Below are positions 38,895-46,936 of a stretch of DNA of 64,000 nt, one piece after another. The stretch is taken from positions 21,023 through 85,022 of IMG/VR virus record IMGVR_UViG_3300029156_000002; one strand, 5' to 3'. The first letter of the stretch is position 1. Each line of letters starts with the position of its first letter. The position numbers and the translations under genes are program-made. This DNA is from a virus. The notes below the pieces were generated by a model that did not search any database, was not told the origin of the DNA, and saw nothing but the letters and a program-made list of their open reading frames with translations.

Positions 38895-39673
38895 CCCTGC
38901 TCCAAGCTATTGTGCCCGCATGACGAGCTAGGAATGCTGGCGAAGTGGTCCGCAAAGGACGCAAGCAAGTCCCGGAGCCAAGAAGGCTGAACGATTGCTT
39001 GCTTTTGTTCTGGGCCGCTGATCATGCGGTCGCTTTCTTCAGGCTTAGTTTTCATGATCTTCGTGAGGTCATCGCCAAGCAAGACGTTCATATCTACGTT
39101 GCCATTGATGCCAAGCACACGCGCCTTAGCTGTCTTCTGCCATAGCGTAGCGTCCCAGCCTGGGATCTGAGAGAGCTTGCGTTTGTACTGAGCGATCCAA
39201 AGTACATGGTCTTGAAACGCATCTGTTTTCGCTAGCTTATAACGCCAAAAGTTCTTGCCTGTGTAGATCATGGGCTTTTGGCCGCGTGCCTTTTCGATCG
39301 TCTTGGAGAACGCGGAAACCCAATCTACGATCTGCTGGGGGCTGATTCCCTTCGCACGCTTGTCCCACTCGATGTCTAAGGTAGGCAAAATGTCAAGCGT
39401 TCGCTGACTCATAGTCTTAAGGAAGTGTTCAGCTTCTTCCTGAGCGTCCTTCTCTAGACCGAACTCCTTAGAAACACGAGCAAAATGATATGCGCCTACA
39501 TGCAAACCAGCACGTTTAGCGTCAAGAAAATACTCGTCAAACCGCGGATCAACATAACCAACACCCTCTGTCGCTTTGCAGATTACAAACTTGATGCGTT
39601 GCGGATCCTGTGCGACCTTCTTGAAGTCGATGTCTCCTTGCCAATGTGATACGTCAATTCCTTTAACTGTCAT
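38891..39673 (-). CDS. GH25 muramidase (endolysin)
   Basis: GIDVSHWQG, KATEG, GAYHFA, LDIE, LWIAQY, LWQ, VDMN. Confidence 0.93.
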   Translation of the reverse strand: MTVKGIDVSHWQGDIDFKKVAQDPQRIKFVICKATEGVGYVDPRFDEYFLDAKRAGLHVGAYHFARVSKEFGLEKDAQEEAEHFLKTMSQRTLDILPTLDIEWDKRAKGISPQQIVDWVSAFSKTIEKARGQKPMIYTGKNFWRYKLAKTDAFQDHVLWIAQYKRKLSQIPGWDATLWQKTAKARVLGINGNVDMNVLLGDDLTKIMKTKPEESDRMISGPEQKQAIVQPSWLRDLLASFADHFASIPSSSCGHNSLEQG

Positions 39674-39682
39674 GTTCTTTGT

Positions 39683-39826
39683 CTATTTCTTTGAAGGGCA
39701 TCCGCCCATGTGAGTTGCTGTGCTAACCTTGCCGTGCTTCAGGCTGCAGCGAAATAGCTGACCTGCAATAATCTCTTGCTTGCAGCTCAAGCATACGGGG
39801 AGCTTAGAGATTTCTTTAACGCTCAT
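39683..39826 (-). CDS. Small Cys/His protein (47 aa, below ORF-track cutoff)
   Basis: Hand-translated MSVKEISKLPVCLSCKQEIIAGQLFRCSLKHGKVSTATHMGGCPSKK; fills the gap with an ATGA overlap. Confidence 0.55.
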   Translation of the reverse strand: MSVKEISKLPVCLSCKQEIIAGQLFRCSLKHGKVSTATHMGGCPSKK

Positions 39827-40209
39827 GCGGTTTTTTCTCGCCCGATCAACCCTAAGTTTTCAAGCGCCGTGTTTACGAACTGCGCACGCTCGGAATGAGA
39901 CTTCAAGCAGTCGTTATGAAGAGTTACTGTATCGTGAGCGTTGCCCGCAAATTCGTCTGGGCAAGTTTGATTCGTCAGCTCAACGGCCAAAGGTTCACCT
40001 TGCTCATACGCTTCATTGAAGCGTAGTCTCAGTAGGGATTCAATGGACCAATCTTCATCTAGCTGTAGTCCATTAAATGAAACCCACCAACCTACCGCGC
40101 AATGTGATGTGTACCCATAACTTTTTACTGTCATGTCCGAAGCTTTCAAGCGCCGAACAGGCACAGCTTTTTCTGCGTTGTAAAATTTGTCTTCTGGTTT
40201 TTCGTTCAT
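39823..40209 (-). CDS. Hypothetical protein
   Basis: Likely start ATG 40209 (MNEKPED). Confidence 0.55.
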   Translation of the reverse strand: MNEKPEDKFYNAEKAVPVRRLKASDMTVKSYGYTSHCAVGWWVSFNGLQLDEDWSIESLLRLRFNEAYEQGEPLAVELTNQTCPDEFAGNAHDTVTLHNDCLKSHSERAQFVNTALENLGLIGREKTA

Positions 40210-40225
40210 TTCATTTCCTGTTGTG

Positions 40226-40552
40226 TTAGAACAAGCCCCATGCAATCACAGACATGTAGAACATACCGACCGCAGCGCACGAACGCAAGAACAAAGTTGC
40301 TTCGTCTTTTAAGTCTGTGGCTATGGTTAACGCCGTTGCGCTAAATGCAAATAGGGTGATTCCTCCGCAAAGTAGAACAGTTGTGTTTTTGAATGTCAAG
40401 AAAAATCCCAAGAAAAATTGCGCGATCAGCAAAGCTAGCAAAGAAGGTTGCCATGCCTTGAGCTTGAGAATGCGTGCCCTTCTACGTGAGCAGACCTTGC
40501 ATGGTTGGACATACTTGATATCTTCGGTGCTTTTGTATGGATCGTTGGACAT
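40226..40552 (-). CDS. Membrane protein with about 3 TM segments (holin candidate)
   Basis: Three hydrophobic stretches; about 550 bp upstream of the lysin. Holin role is a guess. Confidence 0.45.
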   Translation of the reverse strand: MSNDPYKSTEDIKYVQPCKVCSRRRARILKLKAWQPSLLALLIAQFFLGFFLTFKNTTVLLCGGITLFAFSATALTIATDLKDEATLFLRSCAAVGMFYMSVIAWGLF

Positions 40553-40559
40553 AAGCGCG

Positions 40560-40796
40560 CTAGTCTTCGATTTGCTCGATGTCTTCGAAACCGATCGGTT
40601 GGACCATCTGAGTTCTAGGTCGCGTAGAGTGAGCGTTCAATGACAGGTTGCAAACCTCACGTTTGCTTTGCTCGCAAAATTCCCTGCAGGTCTGCAACAG
40701 AACCAAAACGTATCCGTCGTCTAAAAAGAATTGCCCTTCAGCTAGCGTATCAAGCGAAACAAATTTGGGCTCTTTTGCTGTTAGTTTAAATGCCAT
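40560..40796 (-). CDS. Small beta-barrel family protein (F..L..G..F family, member 1)
   Basis: KFVSLDTLAEGQFFLDDGYV. Confidence 0.55.
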   Translation of the reverse strand: MAFKLTAKEPKFVSLDTLAEGQFFLDDGYVLVLLQTCREFCEQSKREVCNLSLNAHSTRPRTQMVQPIGFEDIEQIED

Positions 40797-40901
40797 GATT
40801 TCCTTTGCGAAACTATTCGATGAGGTTGTGTGCCGTTGACTTCGTGCTTGAGGATATGTGCGACCCTAGAGTTAGTTTCGTTTCTTGCCTTCTTTTGGCT
40901 A

Positions 40902-41045
40902 TCATGCACCAGATGCTTTTAGCAGAGAAACGCCTACGTAAATCCAAAATGCTAGAGGGATCATGAAGTAAAGCGCAACAGCAAATGTGCATGCAAATAC
41001 AACGAGCATCAACGCTAGCGAAGGATCTTCTTTAGGGCTGGTCAT
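40902..41045 (-). CDS. Small membrane protein (47 aa)
   Basis: MTSPKEDPSLALMLVVFACTFAVALYF...; ATGA overlap. Confidence 0.5.
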   Translation of the reverse strand: MTSPKEDPSLALMLVVFACTFAVALYFMIPLAFWIYVGVSLLKASGA

Positions 41046-41218
41046 GGAAATGCACAGTAGTTTATTGCGGCAAAGAAAAGATAAATGAAAGCCATGATGG
41101 CTACATTCGCCCCATACGCGTCCACATCTGCATTCCTCCTTGTTGACGATTGCTTGCAAATATAGCAAATTGTTTCGTTGCAATGCTCGATGTCTGAGCC
41201 TTGATAGCTAATTCGCAT
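41042..41218 (-). CDS. Small protein with C-terminal TM (58 aa, not in ORF track)
   Basis: Hand-translated MRISYQGSDIEHCNETICYICKQ...IMAFIYLFFAAINYCAFP. Confidence 0.45.
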   Translation of the reverse strand: MRISYQGSDIEHCNETICYICKQSSTRRNADVDAYGANVAIMAFIYLFFAAINYCAFP

Positions 41219-41221
41219 CGA

Positions 41222-41521
41222 TTACTCCTCGTGCTCCCCAGCCTCGATGGCGTCCTTAGTGACCGTCAGGCGTGCACTCATGAGCCGCACATCCGCTGTC
41301 GGCTGTGGCACCGCGCCCAGTCGCTCAAGCTCGCTGTCAATCCACTCCACGACCCGCGCCCGTTCCTCGGTTCGCCCCTGGGCCCGTGCGTCGGCGATGG
41401 CTTGTTCCAGGTCCCTCGCAGTAGGCGGGTGGTCGGGGCGCTCCATGTTCTGAGTCACCATGAATCCTTTCTGGAGGTACCTACTAGCCGCGTCCCGGTC
41501 CCGTTGTTCAACTTTCGCCAT
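41222..41521 (-). CDS. Hypothetical protein (high-GC island)
   Basis: SD GGAGG; intact. Confidence 0.6.
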   Translation of the reverse strand: MAKVEQRDRDAASRYLQKGFMVTQNMERPDHPPTARDLEQAIADARAQGRTEERARVVEWIDSELERLGAVPQPTADVRLMSARLTVTKDAIEAGEHEE

Positions 41522-41906
41522 AGTTCCTCCAATCGCCGTTGCGCAGCCTGTCTCTGGCCACCTTCAGGGACGCCGCGCCACCCTCGTGGAAAGCCCCCTT
41601 GTGCTGCTGCACGTCGCCCGGGGATGCAAGTCTGTCCTCAACACCCTCCATCCGCATGAGCATTTTGCCCACCTTCGCAACCGTGCGAGCCTCGCCATCG
41701 GCGATGGCCTGTGCGTAGCCCTCTCGCAGGAATGACGCGCCCCAGCAAAACCCGGGTCCGCTTCGATCGCCATCGGCAATGTAGCAGTGGTGGGCGGCGC
41801 AATGCCGCTTATCATCGGGACCCGATATAAGGCACGGCTCCACAGCTTCCGCAGCCGTCTTCCGGTGCTCGTCGGTGACCTCGGCGTGCTTGGGATTAGT
41901 CATCAT
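41508..41906 (-). CDS. Hypothetical protein (high-GC island)
   Basis: Intact, Cys/His cluster. Confidence 0.55.
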   Translation of the reverse strand: MMTNPKHAEVTDEHRKTAAEAVEPCLISGPDDKRHCAAHHCYIADGDRSGPGFCWGASFLREGYAQAIADGEARTVAKVGKMLMRMEGVEDRLASPGDVQQHKGAFHEGGAASLKVARDRLRNGDWRNYGES

Positions 41907-41945
41907 GAGCTGGGGTCACTTTCGTAGTCTTCTGGTCGACCGGGC

Positions 41946-42197
41946 TCAGCCATTGGGGGCCTCCTTGCCTTTCCAGCACGACGGACACAGGTCCCATCGC
42001 TTCGACCTGTCGGCCATGCTTAGGCCGCGCCATCCACGTGGCGGTTTCCCTGCGAGAAACCATGGGGCCGCGTGGTGGGTGCGCGACCCAACGCTATGCC
42101 GCTCTCCGCAACCGTCGCAGACGATGCAGGGTGTCAGGTTCGCCTCAACACCATAGCGTTGGGCCATCGCTGCCGACACTGCCGCTCGGTACGCCAT
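41946..42197 (-). CDS. Zn-finger hypothetical protein (high-GC island)
   Basis: Start ATG 42197 (MAYRAAV); CDGC...CPSC. Confidence 0.6.
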   Translation of the reverse strand: MAYRAAVSAAMAQRYGVEANLTPCIVCDGCGERHSVGSRTHHAAPWFLAGKPPRGWRGLSMADRSKRWDLCPSCWKGKEAPNG

Positions 42198-42198
42198 C

Positions 42199-42672
42199 CT
42201 ACGCCCCCTCCTCACGCAGTCGATCGACAAGTTCGAGCAGGTCCCCCGCGAGAATGTAGTGTGGGTCCTCTTGGTCCATGTTGAACCCGTCAACCAGCTC
42301 ATCCACCGCCCGCCACTTCTCAGCGTCGGCGATTGCCTTGCGGGCAACGTCCTGATGTACGAGCACAAACCCGTCCTCGTCCAGGCCGACAATCCCCTCA
42401 AGCTGGGCCACCCGCTTCGCCAGCTCGTCCCGCTCGGCCTTGACCGCGTCGAGCTGTTCGCCGCGGTGCAAGGATGTGGCGCGCGACCGTTTCACAGAGG
42501 CATACGCGGACAGCACGGTGTCTGTGACGTCCGCCGCGGCCCGGAGGCCGGCAAGTTCTTCGCGTGCGGCTCCCACAAGGGCGTGTCTACCTTCCCCTCC
42601 TGCATGGAGCTGCTTGGCCCACGCGTCCGCACCGTCTAGCGCTCGGTCCAGTGCCGTACGCTTACTTGTCAT
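42199..42672 (-). CDS. Coiled-coil hypothetical protein (high-GC island)
   Basis: Intact; AERDELAKRVAQLE. Confidence 0.6.
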   Translation of the reverse strand: MTSKRTALDRALDGADAWAKQLHAGGEGRHALVGAAREELAGLRAAADVTDTVLSAYASVKRSRATSLHRGEQLDAVKAERDELAKRVAQLEGIVGLDEDGFVLVHQDVARKAIADAEKWRAVDELVDGFNMDQEDPHYILAGDLLELVDRLREEGA

Positions 42673-42994
42673 CACTCATATCCCCTTCGCTCATCAGCAT
42701 ATCAGCATAAACGCCACGAGCAAGAGTTTCTGCATCTGCTTGTCGCATTTCTTCTGTTTCGTGCGGTCCGTACATTTCTACGATCCCTGCTTGCCCGTCT
42801 TCAAATTGAAACTCATATCCAACATCCGAAAGCTTTGTCATCTTGACCTTGCTGCTGATAGCATCCCACAGCGCGGCTTTCTTTTCAAATTTTTGCTTGT
42901 TTGCTTGCTTTAAATCAGCAAGCTCCTTACGCTCGCGATCTACATTGAACGTAAGCGCCATGTGCTCGATCATTTCTTCTAGAAGTTCACTCAT
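42662..42994 (-). CDS. Hypothetical protein
   Basis: Intact ORF. Confidence 0.55.
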   Translation of the reverse strand: MSELLEEMIEHMALTFNVDRERKELADLKQANKQKFEKKAALWDAISSKVKMTKLSDVGYEFQFEDGQAGIVEMYGPHETEEMRQADAETLARGVYADMLMSEGDMSDDK

Positions 42995-43022
42995 GTTTGG
43001 GAGCCTTGCTGCTTTGTTGCTG

Positions 43023-43520
43023 TTAGGGCTGGGAAGTTTCCTGCGCTACGTCATCCATAGCAACCAAAGGATCGCGTGTCAAGCGGATAGGCTGATCTGA
43101 GTACAAGTACTCGCCCGACCACTGGTGATAGCGGCCGCCCTGATCCCAAAAGTAGATGTAAGGATCTGAGCTTCCCCACGTTCCCTCATCAGAAGGCGCC
43201 GGTGCAGTCCGGCCTTCGTACGTACGCTGCCAAGGCTGCGTCAAACGCTTCCCTGAGCTTGTGATCTTGCCCTTGACCGTTGTGTAAAGGACAGGGTCGC
43301 CAGACTCATTCAGAAGCACGATGTAGCCAAGCAAACCAGGCTGGGACGTCAGCTTAAGCCGAAGTTGAATGTTCTTTTGCTCAGCGTTATTTGACGTGAC
43401 GTCGACCGACGCAGCCATCTCTGCACCACGCTGCGTAGCGATTTCTTTTTGGCTAGGCTGCCGATCACAAGCGCCGGTAAAGGTTGAAAGGAGGATGATA
43501 GGGAGAAGTTTCGTTTTCAT
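43023..43520 (-). CDS. Putative lipoprotein
   Basis: MKTKLLPIILLSTFTGAC signal with lipobox-like TGAC; VKGKITSSG, SDEGTWGSS, YHQWSGEYLYSDQP. Confidence 0.65.
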   Translation of the reverse strand: MKTKLLPIILLSTFTGACDRQPSQKEIATQRGAEMAASVDVTSNNAEQKNIQLRLKLTSQPGLLGYIVLLNESGDPVLYTTVKGKITSSGKRLTQPWQRTYEGRTAPAPSDEGTWGSSDPYIYFWDQGGRYHQWSGEYLYSDQPIRLTRDPLVAMDDVAQETSQP

Positions 43521-43529
43521 GATGTTTGT

Positions 43530-43904
43530 CTATTCGCAGATGTTCGGGTTAATGTGTTTAGGTACTTCGTTAGATCGAAAGATGTCTACGTGGGCTTTAG
43601 ATGCGTTGGCATTGTACTCCGAGACAAGAGAAAGGCAAGAGGCTTTCATGCCTCTAAGCTCAACGCTCAACCGCCTGCGTTCTGATGAGCTTGTTTCTTC
43701 TGAGATGGCGCGCTTTTGCTCAGCAATGATAACAGACTTAGCTGCTGTTGTTTGGTGAGCATCAAAGAACCATTCATAGGATCTGATGCCATGATCAACG
43801 ATACTTGTCGCTCTGCTTTGCATGTTGATACAGGTATTCATTCCGATCACGCTAGCAACGATAGCGATGATGATAGCGAAAGAAAATGCTACGTCTTTGT
43901 CCAT
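43530..43904 (-). CDS. N-terminally anchored membrane protein
   Basis: TM VAFSFAIIIAIVASVIG; C-terminal YNANASKAHVDIFRSNEVP. Confidence 0.6.
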   Translation of the reverse strand: MDKDVAFSFAIIIAIVASVIGMNTCINMQSRATSIVDHGIRSYEWFFDAHQTTAAKSVIIAEQKRAISEETSSSERRRLSVELRGMKASCLSLVSEYNANASKAHVDIFRSNEVPKHINPNICE

Positions 43905-43923
43905 GATGCTTCCAATACTTTCA

Positions 43924-44202
43924 TTACTGACATTTGACCTTCATGAGCTGTACGATTTCATTCTTTTTCAGCTCTCGACCAAAGACGATCGTTGAGTCGA
44001 TCATGGTCACAAACTCATCGTCTCGTGTTGCAGCGAACAAGCAAGATTCACAGCTTCCGTTTTCAAAAAACCGAATGGCGTTACTTGCTTTATAGGTTGG
44101 GTTTGTTTTGATGTAGTATTCGTCCGCGTGAATGAATGCTTGACCAACTTTCAAATCTACAAAATTTACTTGTCCATTTTGCTTTTCGATGATTACGTTC
44201 AT
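43924..44202 (-). CDS. Small beta-barrel family protein (member 2)
   Basis: VNFVDLKVGQAFIHADEYYIK; start ATG 44202. Confidence 0.6.
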   Translation of the reverse strand: MNVIIEKQNGQVNFVDLKVGQAFIHADEYYIKTNPTYKASNAIRFFENGSCESCLFAATRDDEFVTMIDSTIVFGRELKKNEIVQLMKVKCQ

Positions 44203-44402
44203 GGCGCGATACCTTCCTCCCATGCGTAAGTGTCTGGGCCGTCTTCTCCACAGCATACCTCGCGAACCCAAGGGATATAATTGTCACCTGTCAAGCAGCG
44301 AACCATCTGATCGATAACCCACATTTTGTGATGAGCGCCATCGAAGCCACCACACTCAGCAGCAATACCCAAAGCTTCTTTGATTTTGTCTTCGTTTGTC
44401 AT
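44199..44402 (-). CDS. Conserved phage hypothetical protein
   Basis: GGFDGAHHKMWVIDQMVRCL...WEEGIAP; recalled as a recurrent phage family, unverified. Confidence 0.65.
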   Translation of the reverse strand: MTNEDKIKEALGIAAECGGFDGAHHKMWVIDQMVRCLTGDNYIPWVREVCCGEDGPDTYAWEEGIAP

Positions 44403-44758
44403 ACTTCGATAACCTTCAAGCTAAAAAGCTCGGCTTTCTCTTTCATGTCGTTTGTACCACTTCCCCCAGGGAAAGCAAAGCAAAATCTCTTGCCTTCTTG
44501 CTTGCTAGCAAATTCAGCCATTTGAAAGTTCCTGCGCCGTCCGCCCCGAGGCCCTAAGCTCCAATCAGCTGGGAAAGTTTTGACTTTGATCCCGCACCAC
44601 TCAGCAATCATTTTGGCTTCTGAGTCAATGCCTGTCGCGCCGCCTTGTATAACAAGTCCGATGTTGTGCTCGCGAAAAAGTTTGACAAGCTTATTTTGCT
44701 TCTCTGCGTTTATGTGTCCGTGCCTTGAGCCGGTTATGATTGCTGTGTTGCCGGTCAT
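44399..44758 (-). CDS. SLOG-family protein (YspA/DUF2493-like)
   Basis: IITGSR, VIQGGATGIDSEA, FPADW...G..RNFQM, AFPGGSGTNDM. Confidence 0.85.
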   Translation of the reverse strand: MTGNTAIITGSRHGHINAEKQNKLVKLFREHNIGLVIQGGATGIDSEAKMIAEWCGIKVKTFPADWSLGPRGGRRRNFQMAEFASKQEGKRFCFAFPGGSGTNDMKEKAELFSLKVIEV

Positions 44759-44760
44759 TG

Positions 44761-45069
44761 CTAGGCGCTCTCCGTGACTAACGTAAAGGTTTGGTGCTCT
44801 AGGGCATCTAACGCGATATGCGTTTCTTCTTGCTTTAGGATTGCCAAATTACCAAATTCATCAGCCACGTATAAAATTTCTTTTACGGTGTACCAAATGG
44901 ATTTCTTAGCAAACTTTGTAGCTTGTTTCTCGCTGTAGAATAGAGCTTTTATTGAAGTAACTCGACCGTCATTTTCATCGTGCTGATAAACAGCATAGGC
45001 TTCTTGAATTTCTAGACCCACAGGGTTCAATTTCGAAGCGTTAAGTTTGCTATGTGTCTCGTTCTCCAT
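44761..45069 (-). CDS. Hypothetical protein
   Basis: Intact ORF. Confidence 0.55.
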   Translation of the reverse strand: MENETHSKLNASKLNPVGLEIQEAYAVYQHDENDGRVTSIKALFYSEKQATKFAKKSIWYTVKEILYVADEFGNLAILKQEETHIALDALEHQTFTLVTESA

Positions 45070-45077
45070 GGGAAACT

Positions 45078-45839
45078 CTACCTCTCTTCCTCCAAAAGAT
45101 CAACAAAAGAAACCAACTTCCCAGCCTGCATCGTTCCAGGAATTGGGATCATTCCATTCTTGTTAAAACAAACCTCCCCGCGGCTTTTCTTTGCGATCTG
45201 ATGCATTTCCTGGATCTTAGGGAAAATGATCTGATTCGCTTGGCCCATGCTTGATTTCTTGAGCAGGATATGATAGCCGCCTTGGGTTTGAATAGAGTAG
45301 AAATCGACGTTGTTGCAGGCAAGAAAACTCGCAAATTCTCTAGGCAGCTCAGCATCAGGAACATCAAAGTCGATGTCAACAAGCTCTCTGCGCCCCTTCG
45401 CTTTTTGCACGGCGTTCATGATCCGCTTTTCCATGCGAAGGAATTTGGTGTACGCTGGGGACATGCCACGCTGCTGTGCTTGAAAGAGCTGGAGAAATTC
45501 CTCATCCATCTCTTTCTTAAAGGTTGTGTATGCACGGAGCATGGAGCTAGGGTTCACGTTCGCGTAGCAGACCAGGGACTTCTCTGGAATCTCTTTACCG
45601 TTCCTTGTCCTTCGATGCTGCAAGCTCGACCGCAGCTTTTCCATTGCATAACTAAGTCCATCCTTGTCATAGGCAATCATGCGCGAGAACATCTCCGTGC
45701 GTCCAAGCGAGAACTCTTCACGCTCCCCCGCAGAGAGATACTTGTTCCGCGTAGAGAGGGACAGGAAGAAAACCTCATCGCGCTCTAGCTCCGGAAGCAT
45801 AGAAGCAAATAAGCTAAACTGCTTTTGGTCTACGATCAT
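45078..45839 (-). CDS. AEP (archaeo-eukaryotic primase)-fold protein
   Basis: Motif I-like LVDIDFD, motif II-like TQGGYH, motif III-like IPIPGT; start ATG 45839. Confidence 0.6.
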   Translation of the reverse strand: MIVDQKQFSLFASMLPELERDEVFFLSLSTRNKYLSAGEREEFSLGRTEMFSRMIAYDKDGLSYAMEKLRSSLQHRRTRNGKEIPEKSLVCYANVNPSSMLRAYTTFKKEMDEEFLQLFQAQQRGMSPAYTKFLRMEKRIMNAVQKAKGRRELVDIDFDVPDAELPREFASFLACNNVDFYSIQTQGGYHILLKKSSMGQANQIIFPKIQEMHQIAKKSRGEVCFNKNGMIPIPGTMQAGKLVSFVDLLEEER

Positions 45840-45840
45840 T

Positions 45841-46449
45841 TTATGGACTGGAACTTTCTGCAATTTTGCAAGCAGAAACGAATGCTGGTTGCTTGATGCG
45901 CCTGTATTCTTCTAGCGCTGGTTGCTTGATGCGCTGGTACTCTTCATACGCTGGTTGCTTGATGCGCAGGAACTTTTCTAGCGCTGGTTGCTTGATGCGC
46001 TGGTACTCTTCATACGCTAATTGCTCGATGCGCTGGTACTCTTCTAGCGCTGGTTGCTTGATGCGCTGGTACTCTTCTAGCGCTGGTTGCTTGATGCGCT
46101 GGTACTCTTCTAGCGCTGGTTGCTTGATGCGCTGGTACTCTTCTAGCGCTGGTTGCTGAATGCGCTGGTACTCTTCTAGCGCTGGTTGCTCGATGCGCCT
46201 GTATTCTTCTAGCGCTAATTGCTGAATGCGCCTGTATTCTTCTAGCGCTGGTTGCTTGATGCGCTGGTACTCTTTCTGTGCTTTCTCAGGCAAGAAAGGC
46301 AGAATGAACAAGAAGTCTAATCCAGCGTCGATAGCCTTCTTAGCGTTTTCAGCGTTGACCTTGCATCCTTCTGGGAAAACGTTAGAAAATGCTTTGATTC
46401 CGCTTTCGCAAGCGCCCTTAGATTCAAGGAATTCCTTTGTGATTTTCAT
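45841..46449 (-). CDS. 11-aa repeat protein A (11 full + 1 partial repeats)
   Basis: MKITKEFLESKGACESG N-domain, (QRIKQPALEEY)n, FVSAC end. Confidence 0.85.
   Translation of the reverse strand: MKITKEFLESKGACESGIKAFSNVFPEGCKVNAENAKKAIDAGLDFLFILPFLPEKAQKEYQRIKQPALEEYRRIQQLALEEYRRIEQPALEEYQRIQQPALEEYQRIKQPALEEYQRIKQPALEEYQRIKQPALEEYQRIEQLAYEEYQRIKQPALEKFLRIKQPAYEEYQRIKQPALEEYRRIKQPAFVSACKIAESSSP
45883..46266. repeat. 33-bp tandem repeat array A
   Basis: Consensus coding unit CAGCGCATCAAGCAACCAGCGCTAGAAGAGTAC; 384 bp. Confidence 0.95.
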
Positions 46450-46715
46450 CCCACCGTAACCTCGCACGTAAGCGCCTTGCTTTCGAACTCTTCAATCGCT
46501 TCAGCGCCCCAAAGCAAAAGAGCTGGGATAGGTGTGACCGTGGTGTTGATTTTCGAGAGTTCGCACGTAAAGCCTAAAAGTTTATAGCTGTCAAGTTCAA
46601 TATAGTTGAACAAACCAACCTTCAAGCATTTCTTGCCTTCACGCTCAAAAGTATCTCCGCTAAGAAGGTCGGTAAATAGGACGGTTCCTTGCTTCTTTTT
46701 GCCTACGATCTTCAC
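46446..46715 (-). CDS. Small beta-barrel family protein (member 3)
   Basis: GTG start; VLFTDLLSGDTFE...PALLLWG. Confidence 0.6.
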   Translation of the reverse strand: MKIVGKKKQGTVLFTDLLSGDTFEREGKKCLKVGLFNYIELDSYKLLGFTCELSKINTTVTPIPALLLWGAEAIEEFESKALTCEVTVG

Positions 46716-46717
46716 AG

Positions 46718-46936
46718 CTAACCCTCTCCCCAAAGCAAAGTCGCTGGTACGCGGATAACGCACATCCGCCCTGGATCAGAGCTTAGGCAATCGATTTTGT
46801 TTGCGTCGAAGTTGAAGAAGCCGCCGCCTACATTCGTGACCATGCACTTAGCTCCGTCGATGAATTGAAATGTATCGCCTACCGCAAGTTCGCTGAATAG
46901 CGTAGAGGCATTGCTGTTTGTTTCTTTGATCTTCAT
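46718..46936 (-). CDS. Small beta-barrel family protein (member 4)
   Basis: TLFSELAVGDTFQF...PATLLWG. Confidence 0.6.
   Translation of the reverse strand: MKIKETNSNASTLFSELAVGDTFQFIDGAKCMVTNVGGGFFNFDANKIDCLSSDPGRMCVIRVPATLLWGEG

Larger units (their letters stand above)
41222..42672. other. High-GC island (four genes plus a 16-aa mini-ORF)
   Basis: Sampled 60-nt lines give 53-75% G+C versus 45-47% in the flanks; strongly G/C-ending codons. Confidence 0.8.

Noticed and set aside
32990-42930. Recurring K-A-x-x-W-D/R helix motif in several small proteins (32717, 33016, 37362, 42199, 42662)
   Set aside because: Too short to separate from chance or from a generic phage helix motif.
45866-46459. 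Plus-strand repeat ORFs (SSAGCLMRWY)n
   Set aside because: They are the reverse-complement reading of repeat array A, with no promoter or RBS.
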